Below, piece by piece: positions 37,942 to 49,854 of a stretch of 61,658 nucleotides of DNA. The number at the start of each line of letters is the position of its first letter. Within the stretch, counting starts at the first letter, position 1. The notes below the pieces were generated by a model. That model was not told where the DNA came from and did no database searches. It saw only the letters and a list, made by a program, of their open reading frames with translations. A program made the position numbers and the translations under genes. Source of the stretch: Basidiobolus ranarum (lineage: Eukaryota); contig JASJQH010006881.1 of assembly GCA_040143965.1 (NCBI GenBank), positions 1-61,658 on the forward strand, given 5' to 3'.

Positions 37942-40455
37942 TTAGGATATTTCTTTTCTTTCGGAGATCATTCTTCTGTGAGATGTGGATTTGGGCGAGC
38001 GACTGTTACCACTAACCATGCTAGTTCGGTTATAAAGTTGACTATCTTTGCCATCATTCTTCGAACGATGTACATGTGGATCGTCTAATCGCTTGCTGTC
38101 CTTGGGTGGTTTGGAAGGTTTATTCGTATGGCTATCTTCATGCGTGGAACGCGTCAATGAATCGTTCGAACACTGCTTTTGGTTTTTCTTCCTCATCTCT
38201 TTAGCTTCAAATTCATGCCAGTCACCCTCCAGCTTGGGAAAACTAAATTTCATAAGATTATGAGTTAAGGCTTCAATGCAATCAATCAGATAAACGATTC
38301 ACTCACTCTTTCAAGTCACAAGGATTTGGCTGTTCGGACGTGAAATATTTGTGTCGCAGAGCTTCGCCTGCTGATGGCCGCTTAGAGGGATCCATTGACA
38401 AGAGAGCTGTGGCCAAGTCATATGCCTCTGGTGATAAGGTGCTACATGAAAGAAAATAGATGAATATGGATTGAGAAGGGAAATACGTGTTCGTATGTAT
38501 ATGTATGGATGTAAATTACTCTCTGAAATCTTTTTCGAAACGCCTTTCTTTTGCTTCTTTTGGCTTAACAAGTCTATACCATGGTAGGCTAGTTATTGTT
38601 GGCCAACTCTCAGGGCTAGGGGTACCGAGTAGGTCGTATATCGATTGTAGCTGAGAAATTTCGTCTTTGCCTTGGAACAAAGGCTTTCGGAGAAAGAGTT
38701 CCATCATTATACATCTACCAATAAAGATGTTAGTCTTCCACCACCCCTTTCAATAGAAACAACTTATACGCACCCAACGCTCCACATATCAACCTCAGGG
38801 CCGTACTTAGTTCCGCCCAAGAGCAACTCAGGAGGCCTGTACCACAATGTAATGACTCGGTTGGTATATTGGTTGCTCTTGTGTTTCTCATAGACTCGCG
38901 CAAGCCCAAAATCAGCCAACTTCAATTGGCCACTTTTGTTTAGAAGCAAATTAGATGCTAGCAGAGATGAATTTAGGGTTAGAGGAATTAGTCAGAACTC
39001 TATATTCATGCATATATAGAATCACTCTACCCTTAAGATCTCGGTGTAATACTTCATTTTCATGAAGGTATTTGATACCACGCAAGATCTGAATCATCAA
39101 CCGTTTGATGTGGGCTGGGCTCAGTGATAGGCTAGGATGAGCAAGGAATCCCGTTAAATCGTAATCCATGTATTCAAAAACCATGTAGAGAGATCCTATG
39201 CCACACAAACCATCAGTTGCCAATTTAAACAAACAATACAGGCTCTCACAAACCTTTGTGATAAGCGATTTCCGGCAACTGGATAATATTCGGATGCTTC
39301 AGACTTTGGAGTAATTTGATCTCTCGGAGAGCTGTCAGCGGAAACTAACAAACAATTTTAATATTGCCATGAAATCATCAAAGGTAATCGCACCTACTTA
39401 CACCATCTTTTTCGGAATCGACCTTGATTCTTTTGAGAGCAACCACTGTGTTTGAAATAATATTCCTCGCCTTAAACACCTTGCTACCGATTCAAATTTC
39501 CAGGTTAATCCAGAATAGCATATAATGACCATGATCCTATAACTATAAATATTTACCCATAGGTTCCCTCGCCCACTTGCTCTAATTTCTCGTATAGGTC
39601 GATTTTGGTGTTACTTTTGGCGTCGCTTGTTTTTAGATTCTCTTTGCTTATGCCTTTGTTGTCACTTGCTTTGGGATACTCTCTACTTGTTTGGCGAATA
39701 CGATCTTTAGAAGGTACACTATTCGATGCTTGTTTATATTTTTCTACTCGTTCGGGTTGCTTCAGCTTTTTATATGAATGTTGAGAGGATAGAAAGGTTG
39801 ATTCTCTCTTTTTGTAATGGCGAGAACCTTCGTTATATTCAAGATAATCAGAGCTTTCTTGCTTTCTGGATATCGTACCGTTGCTGGCCCTTTGAGAGTA
39901 TTCTCTGGAAGTTTTCACGGTGTACTCTATGGATGTTTCAACTACTTTCTTGGTTGCTCTTTCTGTTGACCGATAATTAGTTCTCTCTTGTTTTTCTGAC
40001 TCTTCTAAACGACTACGGTTTCTTCTGGAGGAAGTACTATCTTTGCTAAGCTCACTTTGGTTCTCCTTCGATTCGTGACTTATTTTAGAGAGTGAATCTC
40101 TGCCCGAGTTGCTTTGAATAGGCTCAACTTTTGTGCGGCTGTTGGTACCAACATCGAGTTGCTTATTATTTTTAGGGGGTGAATAATGATCGCTACGAGA
40201 GACTTGAGGCTTCCGTTTAGATTGGACATCTCTGGATTGTCTAGAACGAGATCTAGACCTATAGTTACGATCCGGAGAGTAGTGAGAATTAGAACGGGCG
40301 GAATGATAAGAGCTTCCTTCTCGTTCACCTTTGCGAGAAGTGGTCCGATCTCTATCCACATCTCGATCACGTCTGCTACTACTATGTCTGGAGCTTAACT
40401 GTGGAGGAGATCTTGAACGGCTGTATCTATGTGAAGAACGGCGGTGGCTATCCAT
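37942..40455 (-). CDS. CTK1: CTD kinase Ctk1/Lsk1 (CDK12/13-like) with RS-rich N-terminus, multi-exon
   Basis: [68 protein letters not shown]. Confidence 0.85.
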
Positions 40456-41061
40456 TTTAGTACAAGTTCCAATTTTGAACGTACCAACCGTAAGAATAGT
40501 GAAAAAGAATGAGTAGAGGTGAGGTATAAACTGAAAAAGAAACCAAGTGAAAACAATGAAATGAAAAGATACAAGAGAAAATGCAAGTAAGCGAAAACCT
40601 ACTGCTTAGAAACAGCAAAAAATGCAACTACTTTCGTTGAGGAATAGTTAACTTTTTGCTCTCAAGAAAACCAGGTTTACATTCATTCATTGACTGCAGA
40701 AGCCAGGTAATTTCAATGCAAAATTTAAACTTTCTACATCGAAGTAATTGGGCTAAACTAGTCAAAATCGAATGACTTTTTTAAACAAAATACCTGAGAT
40801 CTGTCAATAAGTATAAATAGTGACGAAGGAAGGCATATTTCGATGCATATCTTGGTTAGTATATTTAACCGCATATTTACTTGAAACTCGGTGAAAATCT
40901 AGACTAATAACTTTAATCATACAAGATGCAATATATATATAGCAGAGATGCTATACTGTTATTTTCAGATGATTTTATTTTAAAATACATTTGGATACTT
41001 CAGGTTGATTAAATTTACAGGAGACAGATCATGTGTGAAGTAGGTGGCTATCAATAATGCT

Positions 41062-42345
41062 TCATTGTCCATTATTATCAAACCACCGCTGTTCTTTCAA
41101 ACGTTTAACCCAGTGCACTATCATACTCAAACGTTTACGAATTGAATGAGCCTCAAGAAGTCTATACTTCTCATATTCATTGATAGGGATTATGCTCGAT
41201 GCCCAGAAAGAGAAATCTGAAGGGTTGGAAGGCATACAACCATATGTGATATGGAATTTTTGGATAAGCCACGGAGCGCATCCCCCTTGGATAAAATTCA
41301 CAAATTCATGCGCGGATGTCATAAGTTCATTCAGAGAGGGCTGATTGAGTAATGAAGTGCTAGGACTTTCTTCTAGATCAGTATCATCGACACGTTCTAC
41401 TTTCCCAACGTAGTAACCATCCTGGTTTGAATGCTGGAGGACCCGAAACCGATGTAAGCCAATAGCCTTAACTAATGAACGACCATCAGGTAACGTTTCT
41501 ACAGAATGAATTCCTAACATTGTCCCATACGGCATAAACGGTTGACCATGACGACCTGGCAATACCATTCCAATTCTTTTCTGTTTAGTCCTCAGACATC
41601 TACGAATCATTAGGCGATGTTCCGGCTCAAAAATGTGAAGTTGAACCGGCATGTTGGGGAATACAAGCGAACTTATAAATAGAGGAGTGTCACCAATAAC
41701 GTCAGATTTATCTGTTACTCTCTTTAACTTTACCAAGTTAGGAAAACTTCCCTGTATTAGATTAGAAAGCAACCAGTTTTGAGAACCGTTTAAAAGGGTT
41801 AAACAATCTGGAAGCTGGTGGCGGCACACCGGACATCTGTTGTTGTAGTCAGCTGAGCGAAAGAGACAGTCCTTGCAGAAGGTATGTCCACATTGAGTTG
41901 TCAGAGGCTCTTCCAAAAGTGTGCAGCATACTTGACATTCGAGTTCACTTAATATATATTCGATGCTGGCTTTGTCAGATACAACATCCGATAAAATAGA
42001 ATCTGAACTAGAACAGTCAGACCAGTCTTGCTCGTCTAGAGTGTGCTTTAGCAGCAATGATGAGACTCTAATACATGCTTCTAAGGTTTTGGATATAGTG
42101 ACATCTGCATGTATTTCACTTAAGCTATGGACCCTTTGAGTGCATTGAACAAATGGGCAGGTGAAGCGAGCATGGCTCATATCAATCACACTTGGAAGAC
42201 AGTTGAGGCACAAAGTAAATCCGCATGAGAGAGTGACGGGATGTACTAACAGTTGTGAACATTGCGGGCATATGAAATACCTAAGGGTATTTTGAATATC
42301 TGGTTGATCAGTGGCAGTGTGAAAAAAATCGCAAGTACTTGCCAT
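41062..42345 (-). CDS. LON peptidase N-terminal domain and RING finger protein (LONRF-like)
   Basis: Two RING-type motifs (CPQC...CGFTLCLNC; CQVC...CGHTFCKDC...CPVCR), then the LON/PUA domain (LVFPNMPVQLHIFEP). ATG at 42345 preferred over the TTG at 42375. Confidence 0.9.
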   Translation of the reverse strand: MASTCDFFHTATDQPDIQNTLRYFICPQCSQLLVHPVTLSCGFTLCLNCLPSVIDMSHARFTCPFVQCTQRVHSLSEIHADVTISKTLEACIRVSSLLLKHTLDEQDWSDCSSSDSILSDVVSDKASIEYILSELECQVCCTLLEEPLTTQCGHTFCKDCLFRSADYNNRCPVCRHQLPDCLTLLNGSQNWLLSNLIQGSFPNLVKLKRVTDKSDVIGDTPLFISSLVFPNMPVQLHIFEPEHRLMIRRCLRTKQKRIGMVLPGRHGQPFMPYGTMLGIHSVETLPDGRSLVKAIGLHRFRVLQHSNQDGYYVGKVERVDDTDLEESPSTSLLNQPSLNELMTSAHEFVNFIQGGCAPWLIQKFHITYGCMPSNPSDFSFWASSIIPINEYEKYRLLEAHSIRKRLSMIVHWVKRLKEQRWFDNNGQ

Positions 42346-43153
42346 ACTTGATAGTACAGAATCGGTTTGAACCAAAGGGAGAATAGAGGAGCTAACCTTA
42401 GAGGTGGCTTTGACTAATAACTACAGTCACAGGAATACAGTGAATAAGAGATGAACGTTGGTTTCCCAAGAGAGGTCCATGCCTTTATATACCAAGTGTA
42501 TCCACATATTGGAGTAGGACGACCGATTTGCGCAATTGGCCATGTACACGCTATAAATGCTCAAAGGGGGAAGCGCACAGATCGAGTTTTTGCACGCAAA
42601 TACTACGATCCTATGAATATGAATTCTTTGATTGTTTGATCTCTATACAACTCCACGTAGGGAGACAAATCGATGATTCCAAACTAAAACCGAAAATATT
42701 TAAAATCCGCACGAACTTGAACCAAACATACTTCAGCAATTAGTGCCCCATGCATAGAATAAAATATGGAATTTCATTCACTTCAGAAGAATACTTGACG
42801 GCGATTTTCATTTGTGCGATAGTAACGGAGCTAATTTTGTTACTACATTGCTATTCATAATCTAGAGTCATATATATGTACAATACTGGTTTAACAAACA
42901 AAAAAATCACTACAACAAATTATCGACTGTAGGTATTAGACAGATGCGTTTTGCACTAGAACCCACTCTCTTGTCACTTACGACCCCCTCATCAACATAC
43001 CATTCAGAATTCCACTCGTTTCTACGTATTACATAATTATTACTGGTTTGATTTCATTTTAAAGCATTATTTTATTTCTTTCTGTACATTAGCATATATT
43101 TACCTAATAAAAGAATTGATATTAGTGATTGGGTCTAAAATGGGTTTGTGTTG

Positions 43154-43244
43154 GACTCCTCAGAAAAAGACATTCGACATAACGACGTTCCTTGTAAAAA
43201 AACGTATATCCGTCCGCCCGTCTACATTTATCATCGTTGGAGTC
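43154..43244 (-). ncRNA. snR70: Box C/D snoRNA, snR70 ortholog (guide for 18S Cm1639, E. coli C1402 equivalent)
   Basis: 6-bp terminal stem GACTCC/GGAGTC, C box CGATGA, D CTGA. Guide GACGGGCGG is complementary to 18S CCGCCCGUC ahead of a CGGA D' box; the D'+5 rule gives the C after CCG. Confidence 0.85.
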
Positions 43245-43370
43245 ACAAGAATAAAAAAGTACTTACATTGACCAGCTTCACCAGGGTTCAGTAGGATCAG
43301 TAAACGTCATACCTACTAAAGGAATATTGTTAATACTGAGATTGTAAAGTGAATGTTGGTGGTTAAATGG

Positions 43371-43459
43371 AATTTCTTCAGACAAGGCTGAAACTATTTA
43401 GTGACTGAATCCACATGGGGTTTTCAGTGGTTTGGTCAATCGAATCATCAGGAGAAATT
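43371..43459 (-). ncRNA. snR41: Box C/D snoRNA, snR41 ortholog (guide for 18S Gm1126, yeast numbering)
   Basis: 7-bp terminal stem AATTTCT/AGAAATT, C box TGATGA, D' CTGA, D CTGA. 13-nt guide AGTTTCAGCCTTG is complementary to 18S CAAGGCUGAAACU; the D+5 rule points to the first G of CAAGG. Confidence 0.88.
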
Positions 43460-43780
43460 GCTATATAACTTGCTATATATACAAAGTCAAATACTTACAT
43501 TACTAGGCGCTGTTGAGTGCTTTCCATGTGAGCATTCACTTTGCTTTTATACTTTCTCAAGTTGTCGTTAGGCATGGGTGAGAATCACGTGCTTCACCAT
43601 TGATTGGATACAAGGTTGCTAGTGTCATTAAGCTCGTTTTAAATATTAAATTGGTACTTAAACAAAATCAACATTCTGAAAAAAATACAAAGTAAAAAAA
43701 AACTCAACACAAATTAATGACTGAATTGAAAAAATCAAGTCCTTTGACATAGAACGAAGGCAAACGACTTACACACAAAA

Positions 43781-44691
43781 ATGAGCATTGAGGAAGCACA
43801 ATTGAAGATCGTTCTTCCAGGCGACATAATCCCTGCCGATGAGCCTTCCGAAGAGAACGAAGAGAAGCCGATTATCCGTCTCGGCCCTGGTCTTATACAT
43901 GCTCAAGATTCTGTGGTATCGGTCAGCGCAGGTATCTTACAACATCATAATGTTGGCAATCGTTGGTGGGTCGATAATAATAAAAGAAGAGTAAGTCCTT
44001 GCATTTTTTCAATGTCAGTATCAACCCCGATTTAGCTAATGCTTCGAAAACAGTATGTACCTGCCCTCGGTGAGCCTGTAATTGGTATCATAACCGGTAA
44101 ACATGCAGAATCATATAGAGTGGATATTGGTTCCGCTCAACCTGCCATGCTTCCTGCTCTTGCTTTCGAAGGAGCTACCAAAAGAAATAGGCCAAATCTG
44201 AATGTACACGACATTTTACTAAAGCTAGTAGTTATGCTTTTCAAACTAAATTCCCTTTTTTTCTTAGGTTGGATCGCTTGTATATGCTCGTGTATCTCTT
44301 GCCAATAAAGATATGGAGCCCGAGTTGGAGTGTGTAAACCCTACCTCAGGAAAGAGCGAGGGTTATGGCGAATTAAAGGATGGATTTATGTTCAAGTGTT
44401 CACTTGGTCTTTGTAGAAAGTAGTGATTTGATTTATTTGCATTCATGCTCGTTATATCACATCTCTAACCCTCGTGTTCGTATTAGGCTTCTTAATCCCA
44501 AAAGTCCAGTTCTGGTTGCGTTAGGCTCTCATTTCCCCTTCGAAACCGCCGTTGGCATGAATGGTCGAGTTTGGGTAAATTCCACTGATACTCAACATAT
44601 CATCCTATTAACAAATGCGATCAAGAATTCGGAATATTTGAATGAAAAGCAAATTAAGGAGATGGTAAAGGAGTTGGTTCATAGATTATAA
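43781..44691 (+). CDS. RRP40: Exosome complex component Rrp40, 4 exons
   Basis: VLPGD, RLGPGL, YVPALGEPVIG, LAFEGATKRNRPNL, FETAVGMNGRVWV. Confidence 0.95.
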
Positions 44692-44936
44692 AGAAAAATC
44701 CTGGTCCGATTTTTTGGAGTAAAAACGCTTCCTGTCTCTTTTTCGTCCCTTTCGAAATATCACTTTGTACATTCATGCGGTTGATTGTCCACTTATTATT
44801 GTTTTGTTATCTAATACAAATAAAAAAATGTGCTTTATATATTCCATCATGTCAACATCGATTTGTATTGAATACTCAGTTGGCGATTTTATTCATCGTT
44901 GACTTAATACTGACTGTAATTATTAGATAGGGATAT

Positions 44937-45774
44937 ATGACTACTATACCACTTCTTACACCGTACTCTTCACTTCCGTCACAAAACCTCCATAAAAATG
45001 CCTGCATTTTGGTAGTCTTATTTTGTTGTCATTTCAGGCAATTTGTTTTTAATTCTTGCATTGTTATATATATATAGCTCGTAGGAGCTCCTGATTCTGG
45101 CAAAAGATCGTTTGGTAGTATTCTACAGAGTCCAAATGAATTTGGTCTAGCACTTCAACTGTAAATATAGTTTAGTTTAGAGCATACTGGACCTTTTGTT
45201 TACTTCCTTATTTCAAAGACGTCTCGGAAAGAGTTTACCTTTACCTGAAATCCTCGCTCCACGTCCTCATATCGACTTTATCGTACTTATGCTTAGCATG
45301 AATAACAAAGAATCGTTTCACAACCTAAAGAAGTGCCTTATTGAGATAGATCCCGAATTTCTATTGGGAAGAACCTGGATAATTGCTACCAACGGTATTC
45401 TTCTAAACTAAATGAACTCTCAACCATTTTCAATGACATTAAAGAGTATATAGCAAACAAGGTGTCACAATATGCTTTCGAACGTACTGAACTTGAAGAA
45501 TGTATTAACTCTTTATATGACATTCCGCTGTTCTATGTTGATTTTCAGGTATTAAAAACTACTCTTGTCTTTAGTTGAATATTATTGAAATTTATATTTT
45601 GGCAATGAATACTACAATACTCTCTTACAGTATACACTTACCATTTTCACTTAATTCTAGAATGACGGAGCAGGTGAGGATCTACGTGATAAATTACTTA
45701 GAACAGTGGATATCGCTTCAGGATACCACAGAAATATTACCCTCTCTTACTTAAGAACTCCGCTCTCCGGATAA
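44937..45774 (+). CDS. CENPM: Centromere protein M (CENP-M) ortholog, 5 exons
   Basis: Exons 44937-45011, 45078-45160, 45219-45394, 45454-45548, 45661-45774. NACILLVG...LGKSLPLP...RPHIDFIV...IDPEFLLGR...PLFYVD aligns with human CENP-M ATILLVG...LAKSLPLP...RPRIDLIV...VDASFFLGK...PLLYCD (from memory). Confidence 0.88.
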
Positions 45775-46603
45775 ATTGACACCTCCTGACTTTTACAAAA
45801 TCCTATTTTCCGAACTACTTTTACTTGGAATAAAAATTTTCAACCAAATAGAGCTTTTAAATTCCAACATCGAATACTGGATCAGCGGAAGTTATTAAGA
45901 TTATTTCCAACTTTGATTTACTTGGTTAAGATATTGAGAATCGGACTTGTAACTGCAAGTATACAATGAAATACCGCCCAGGTAACAAAACACATTACAG
46001 TAGTTCGCGTAGGATGGATTAATCAATAACAATAATGGAAGCATCGTCGTAATTTGATCAGCATACCGTGGGATACTAGCAAGTCACGTTCTCCACTTTG
46101 CTTAGTGTTCCAAGCTTACATAAAGCGTAGTTAAGAGTAGATCAAAGCAACGAGGGCTATATCGGAAATATAAGAGCAAATCGAGGTGATCAATTTCTCA
46201 GGGTAATAAAATTTAAACGCATAAAGGTTTCACGAGTGAAATGATCTTTCCTGGTTGATAAACCTCTTAAGAATAAGGTTATTAGAATCAGTATCCATAT
46301 GGGATTCTATATATGCAAGAGCCCAGCTATCAATTACCGTTGAACCCATATATTCTACATCTAGTCCGTTTCGAACTAGTCTTACTAACATTATGTGGGA
46401 CTAATAGAAAGACTGTTTGTGATACTAGAATCGCACAAATTCAGTCTTGCATCCCGTTGTTCTGGTAACTATGTAAATTAAGCCACCTACGTAGTGGTGT
46501 AAAGAACTTTACGTGAAGTGAAAAAACATATAAAAGCCTCTCAGTGCTCTCATTCAAACATCAATTCCTCAACTTCTTCTCTCACAGCTAGTCTGTTAAA
46601 AAA

Positions 46604-47888
46604 ATGGTCCACTTCCAATCCCTTGCTTATGGAGCTATCGTTGCTATTCTTTTGGCTGTGCCAATTAGTGAAGCTAAGCAGCAATTCATTCCCAACAAGT
46701 ATATTGTGAAGTTCCGTAAGAGTGCCGACATTCAACAAGGTAAATATTCGTAATTGATTCACTTTCTGAGTAGTCTATTCATCCATGTTCTCTATCTTAG
46801 TCGACAGCCTAATCCATGAGAAGATCGAGTCTTTTAACAACGAGATCAAGTCTAGTTTCGGAGTTGCAGGTGCCGCTGGTGGTAACCAAACCTCACCTCT
46901 CTGCAAGATCGCTCGAAAGTACACTATGGGTCAATTCAAGGCTTTCGCTGGTACGCTAAGCAAAGACATTGTGAAATCTCTTCGTGGCGATCCCAATGTT
47001 GAATATATTGAGCAGGAGCAGGTGTTTACTATGGCTGGAGTCCAGAATAATCCACCTAACTGGGGTCTTGCTAGAATCTCTCAACGTCAACGTAATCCAA
47101 ATGCCCCATACAATTTCCCAAATTCAGCTGGCCAAGGGATCGATGTTTATGTCATTGATACAGGTATCAATGTTAGACACAGAGACTTCGGTGGTAGAGC
47201 TAGTCTTCCTGTCAGCTTCATTGAAGGTGAACCCACCGAAGATCTCAACGGTCATGGTTCCCATGTAGCTGGAATTGTTGGTGGTAATACCTATGGTGTA
47301 GCCAAAAAAGTCAGATTAATCGGTGTTAAAGTGTTAGGAAGAGATGGGCGTGGAAGCACATCAGGGATCATTGCTGGTGTCAATTGGGTGACTCGTCAAG
47401 CTAGATCCACTGGACGCAGAAGTGTAATCAACATGTCACTGGGTGGTGGTAATAGCAACGCTCTTAATGCCGCAGTGGATGCGGCTGTACAAGCAGGTAT
47501 TCCGGTGATTGTGGCCGCTGGTAACGAAAGTCAAGATGCTTGCAATGTATCTCCAGCTAATGGTCGCTCTGCTTTTACCGTTGGTGCTACTGACTACTAT
47601 GACAATGCTGCTAGCTATAGTAACTGGGGTCGTTGTGTGAAAATCCAGGCACCAGGCTCCAATATCTTGTCCACATACATTGGAAGCCCAGACGCTCGTA
47701 ACAGCTTATCTGGAACAAGTATGGCTAGCCCTCAAGTAGCTGGTATTGCTGCGCTTTATATGAGTGAAGGCTCAGCCAACTCACCTCAATCAGTATACAA
47801 CTCATTAACTGGTCGTGCTACTCGCAATGTAGTCAGAGGATTGAGAGGCAACAGCCCTAACTTGATGGCATACTCATTGACTAACTAA
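46604..47888 (+). CDS. Secreted subtilisin-like serine protease (S8, proteinase K-like) with I9 propeptide, 2 exons
   Basis: Signal peptide, IPNKYIVKF, intron 46740-46800, catalytic motifs VIDTG, HGSHVAG, GTSMASP. Confidence 0.96.
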
Positions 47889-47976
47889 ATGTTATTGCTG
47901 CCTCTTGAGTTTCATCATTAAATCTGAGATCTTGAAGAGTTTCAATAAACACTTTGACAATTTGATTGTTTTCTTG

Positions 47977-48062
47977 GTAATTCTTGTTCTTCTGACATAT
48001 TCGAATGGAGCGTTGATTATGTAATTCTTGTTCTTATTCGAATGGAGTGTTGATTATGTAAT
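47977..48062. repeat. Imperfect ~37-44 bp tandem duplication
   Basis: GTAATTCTTGTTCTT...ATTCGAATGGAG[C/T]GTTGATTAT occurs twice. Confidence 0.8.
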
Positions 48063-49854
48063 ACTTGCATTGGTAAATAAAGTTGGAGTAATCAATGGCG
48101 ATTCACCGAGCAAAGTTAAGCTATATTGAGTCATGTGAATCGTATTAAGATTTGTTATTTAGAAAGCTTCGAAATTGACTACTAAAAATCATCAGCTAAC
48201 ATACTTCCTGGTATGAAGATTGGAGTTGGTATATACTTAGCTGACGAACTTGCGAAAAGTAAAAAATAAACAAAATTGATTTTCAGAAATATCTAAAGTA
48301 GACTCTACGAATGGTACATATAATGTTTGATGTATTGTTAGGTATCTTTCATGAAAAAATCAACGTTTCATCAACTTTTTAGTTCTCTTCATCCAAGAGC
48401 CTTACACAGTTAGTAATGGTGATAATGGATGCACATAGAATAGGAGCACTGAATACCCATCATTCAATGAATATTCCCATAATAAAGAGTACTACGCTCT
48501 AACAGAAGAAAGTAACAGGTAACTATAGTAGATAACTTTTCTATACCCGATAAAATACCTTACGAATCAACGTTTGTAACATTCATAATACTTGTACTTC
48601 CTCTACGCTTCGTACAGGACTATAGGTCAAGGATTCCGGTCAGATGAGAATGTAACGATGATTGGTAAATCACTTATTAGCTTGAGTTAAACTAGTAACA
48701 ATCTTGATGAACAAGTAGGTTTCATTATGTGAAATCATCTTGTGTTTAATGTCATACTGGTTGGATATTTTTCTAGAATACTCTGGTCAAGATAATCCTG
48801 CCTTGCAATCATACCCCCTGCCATTCCTCGTTGTTCCTAGTCTGTGGATTCTTTATTCTATCCCAATATCCGGACTAAATCTTCCCACCTTTGTGTATTT
48901 TTCAATTAATAATTATAGAAAAGCTGAAAATAATATAGGAATGTTGAATTTAACCGTCTAATTACCATGAATTAAGCAAAATTCTTCCCACATCTACAAC
49001 ATAACCAATGACAAGTCCTTTGCCACCTGATAACTTTCCAATTGCTCGTACCTGATTTGGTATGTCTTTAGCATTACATAATTAACAGTATCAGTAGTGG
49101 AAGTGTCTATAGAATTACAAGTAGCCTTCATGTAGCTCCAGATTGAAATACGTTATCTACCAATTATTGTTGGTGTTTCAAGAATATATTTGGTAAGTGG
49201 TGTGTTTGATTAATCTCGTGGCATTTATCGAGTACTCTCACTTATTTGTGCATTCAAGTGATACTGTACAACTCCTTTCATCTTAGTGATGAAGGGGTAG
49301 GGGCGAATACGGAATGTAACTTCTATCGTGTAACATGTTCATTATGACTCTAGAGACTTCACAAATGGTTTATCAGTATGGTGTCCTTGGTATCATGTGA
49401 AGTGGGTACACGTGATAGCACAGTAGTGAAGAAATCTCTCGTAGAATACTTGTATCATACCAGAAATCATGGCGGTTAGTGTTGAACATACAGTAGAGTA
49501 GAGTGTCGCAATTTTCCATCATTTTGCACAATCAGAGCGACATAGATTCGAAACGATTGGGGACCTACTTGCATGACTATAGTAAGACGCAAATGTGAGA
49601 TTTTAATGGACCATGATAAACGGTGAAAATTCACCTACAGTGTTCGTATTATTGTAACCATAAAGAAAATCTAACTGATAGTCACATAAACATAAACATA
49701 TTCATACAAAAATTTCATGTCCCAGAGTGAAGTAAAATAAAGATATTAAAACCGCTATACACGGAGGGGTCCGGCTCCTCAACTTCTTCCATTCAAGCTT
49801 ACAAGTATTAAAAGCTTAAAAGTAGATCAAACACTAAATACAGCTGTGATAAAA

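Larger units (their letters stand above)
43104..43551 (-). ncRNA. Non-coding snoRNA host transcript with two introns (43313-43498 and 43104-43266)
   Basis: TATAAAA at 43545-43551 (minus); two GTAAGT donors; branch-like TTAAC/CTAAT with pyrimidine tract and TAG acceptors; 46-nt middle exon; only tiny ORFs after splicing. Transcript ends are not defined. Confidence 0.75.

Noticed and set aside
16643-40455. U12 (minor spliceosome) introns
   Set aside because: The donors I inspected are ordinary GT types; no RTATCCTT donor was seen at an exon boundary. The check was not exhaustive.
42940-43000. Third snoRNA (snR51) downstream of snR70
   Set aside because: A TTGATGA is present on the minus strand, but there is no D box at a suitable distance and no Am100 or Um2729-type guide.
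47890-49850. Hidden gene in the 2-kb gap after the subtilisin
   Set aside because: Only short ORFs without motifs; no convincing splice chain, tRNA or snoRNA pattern found.
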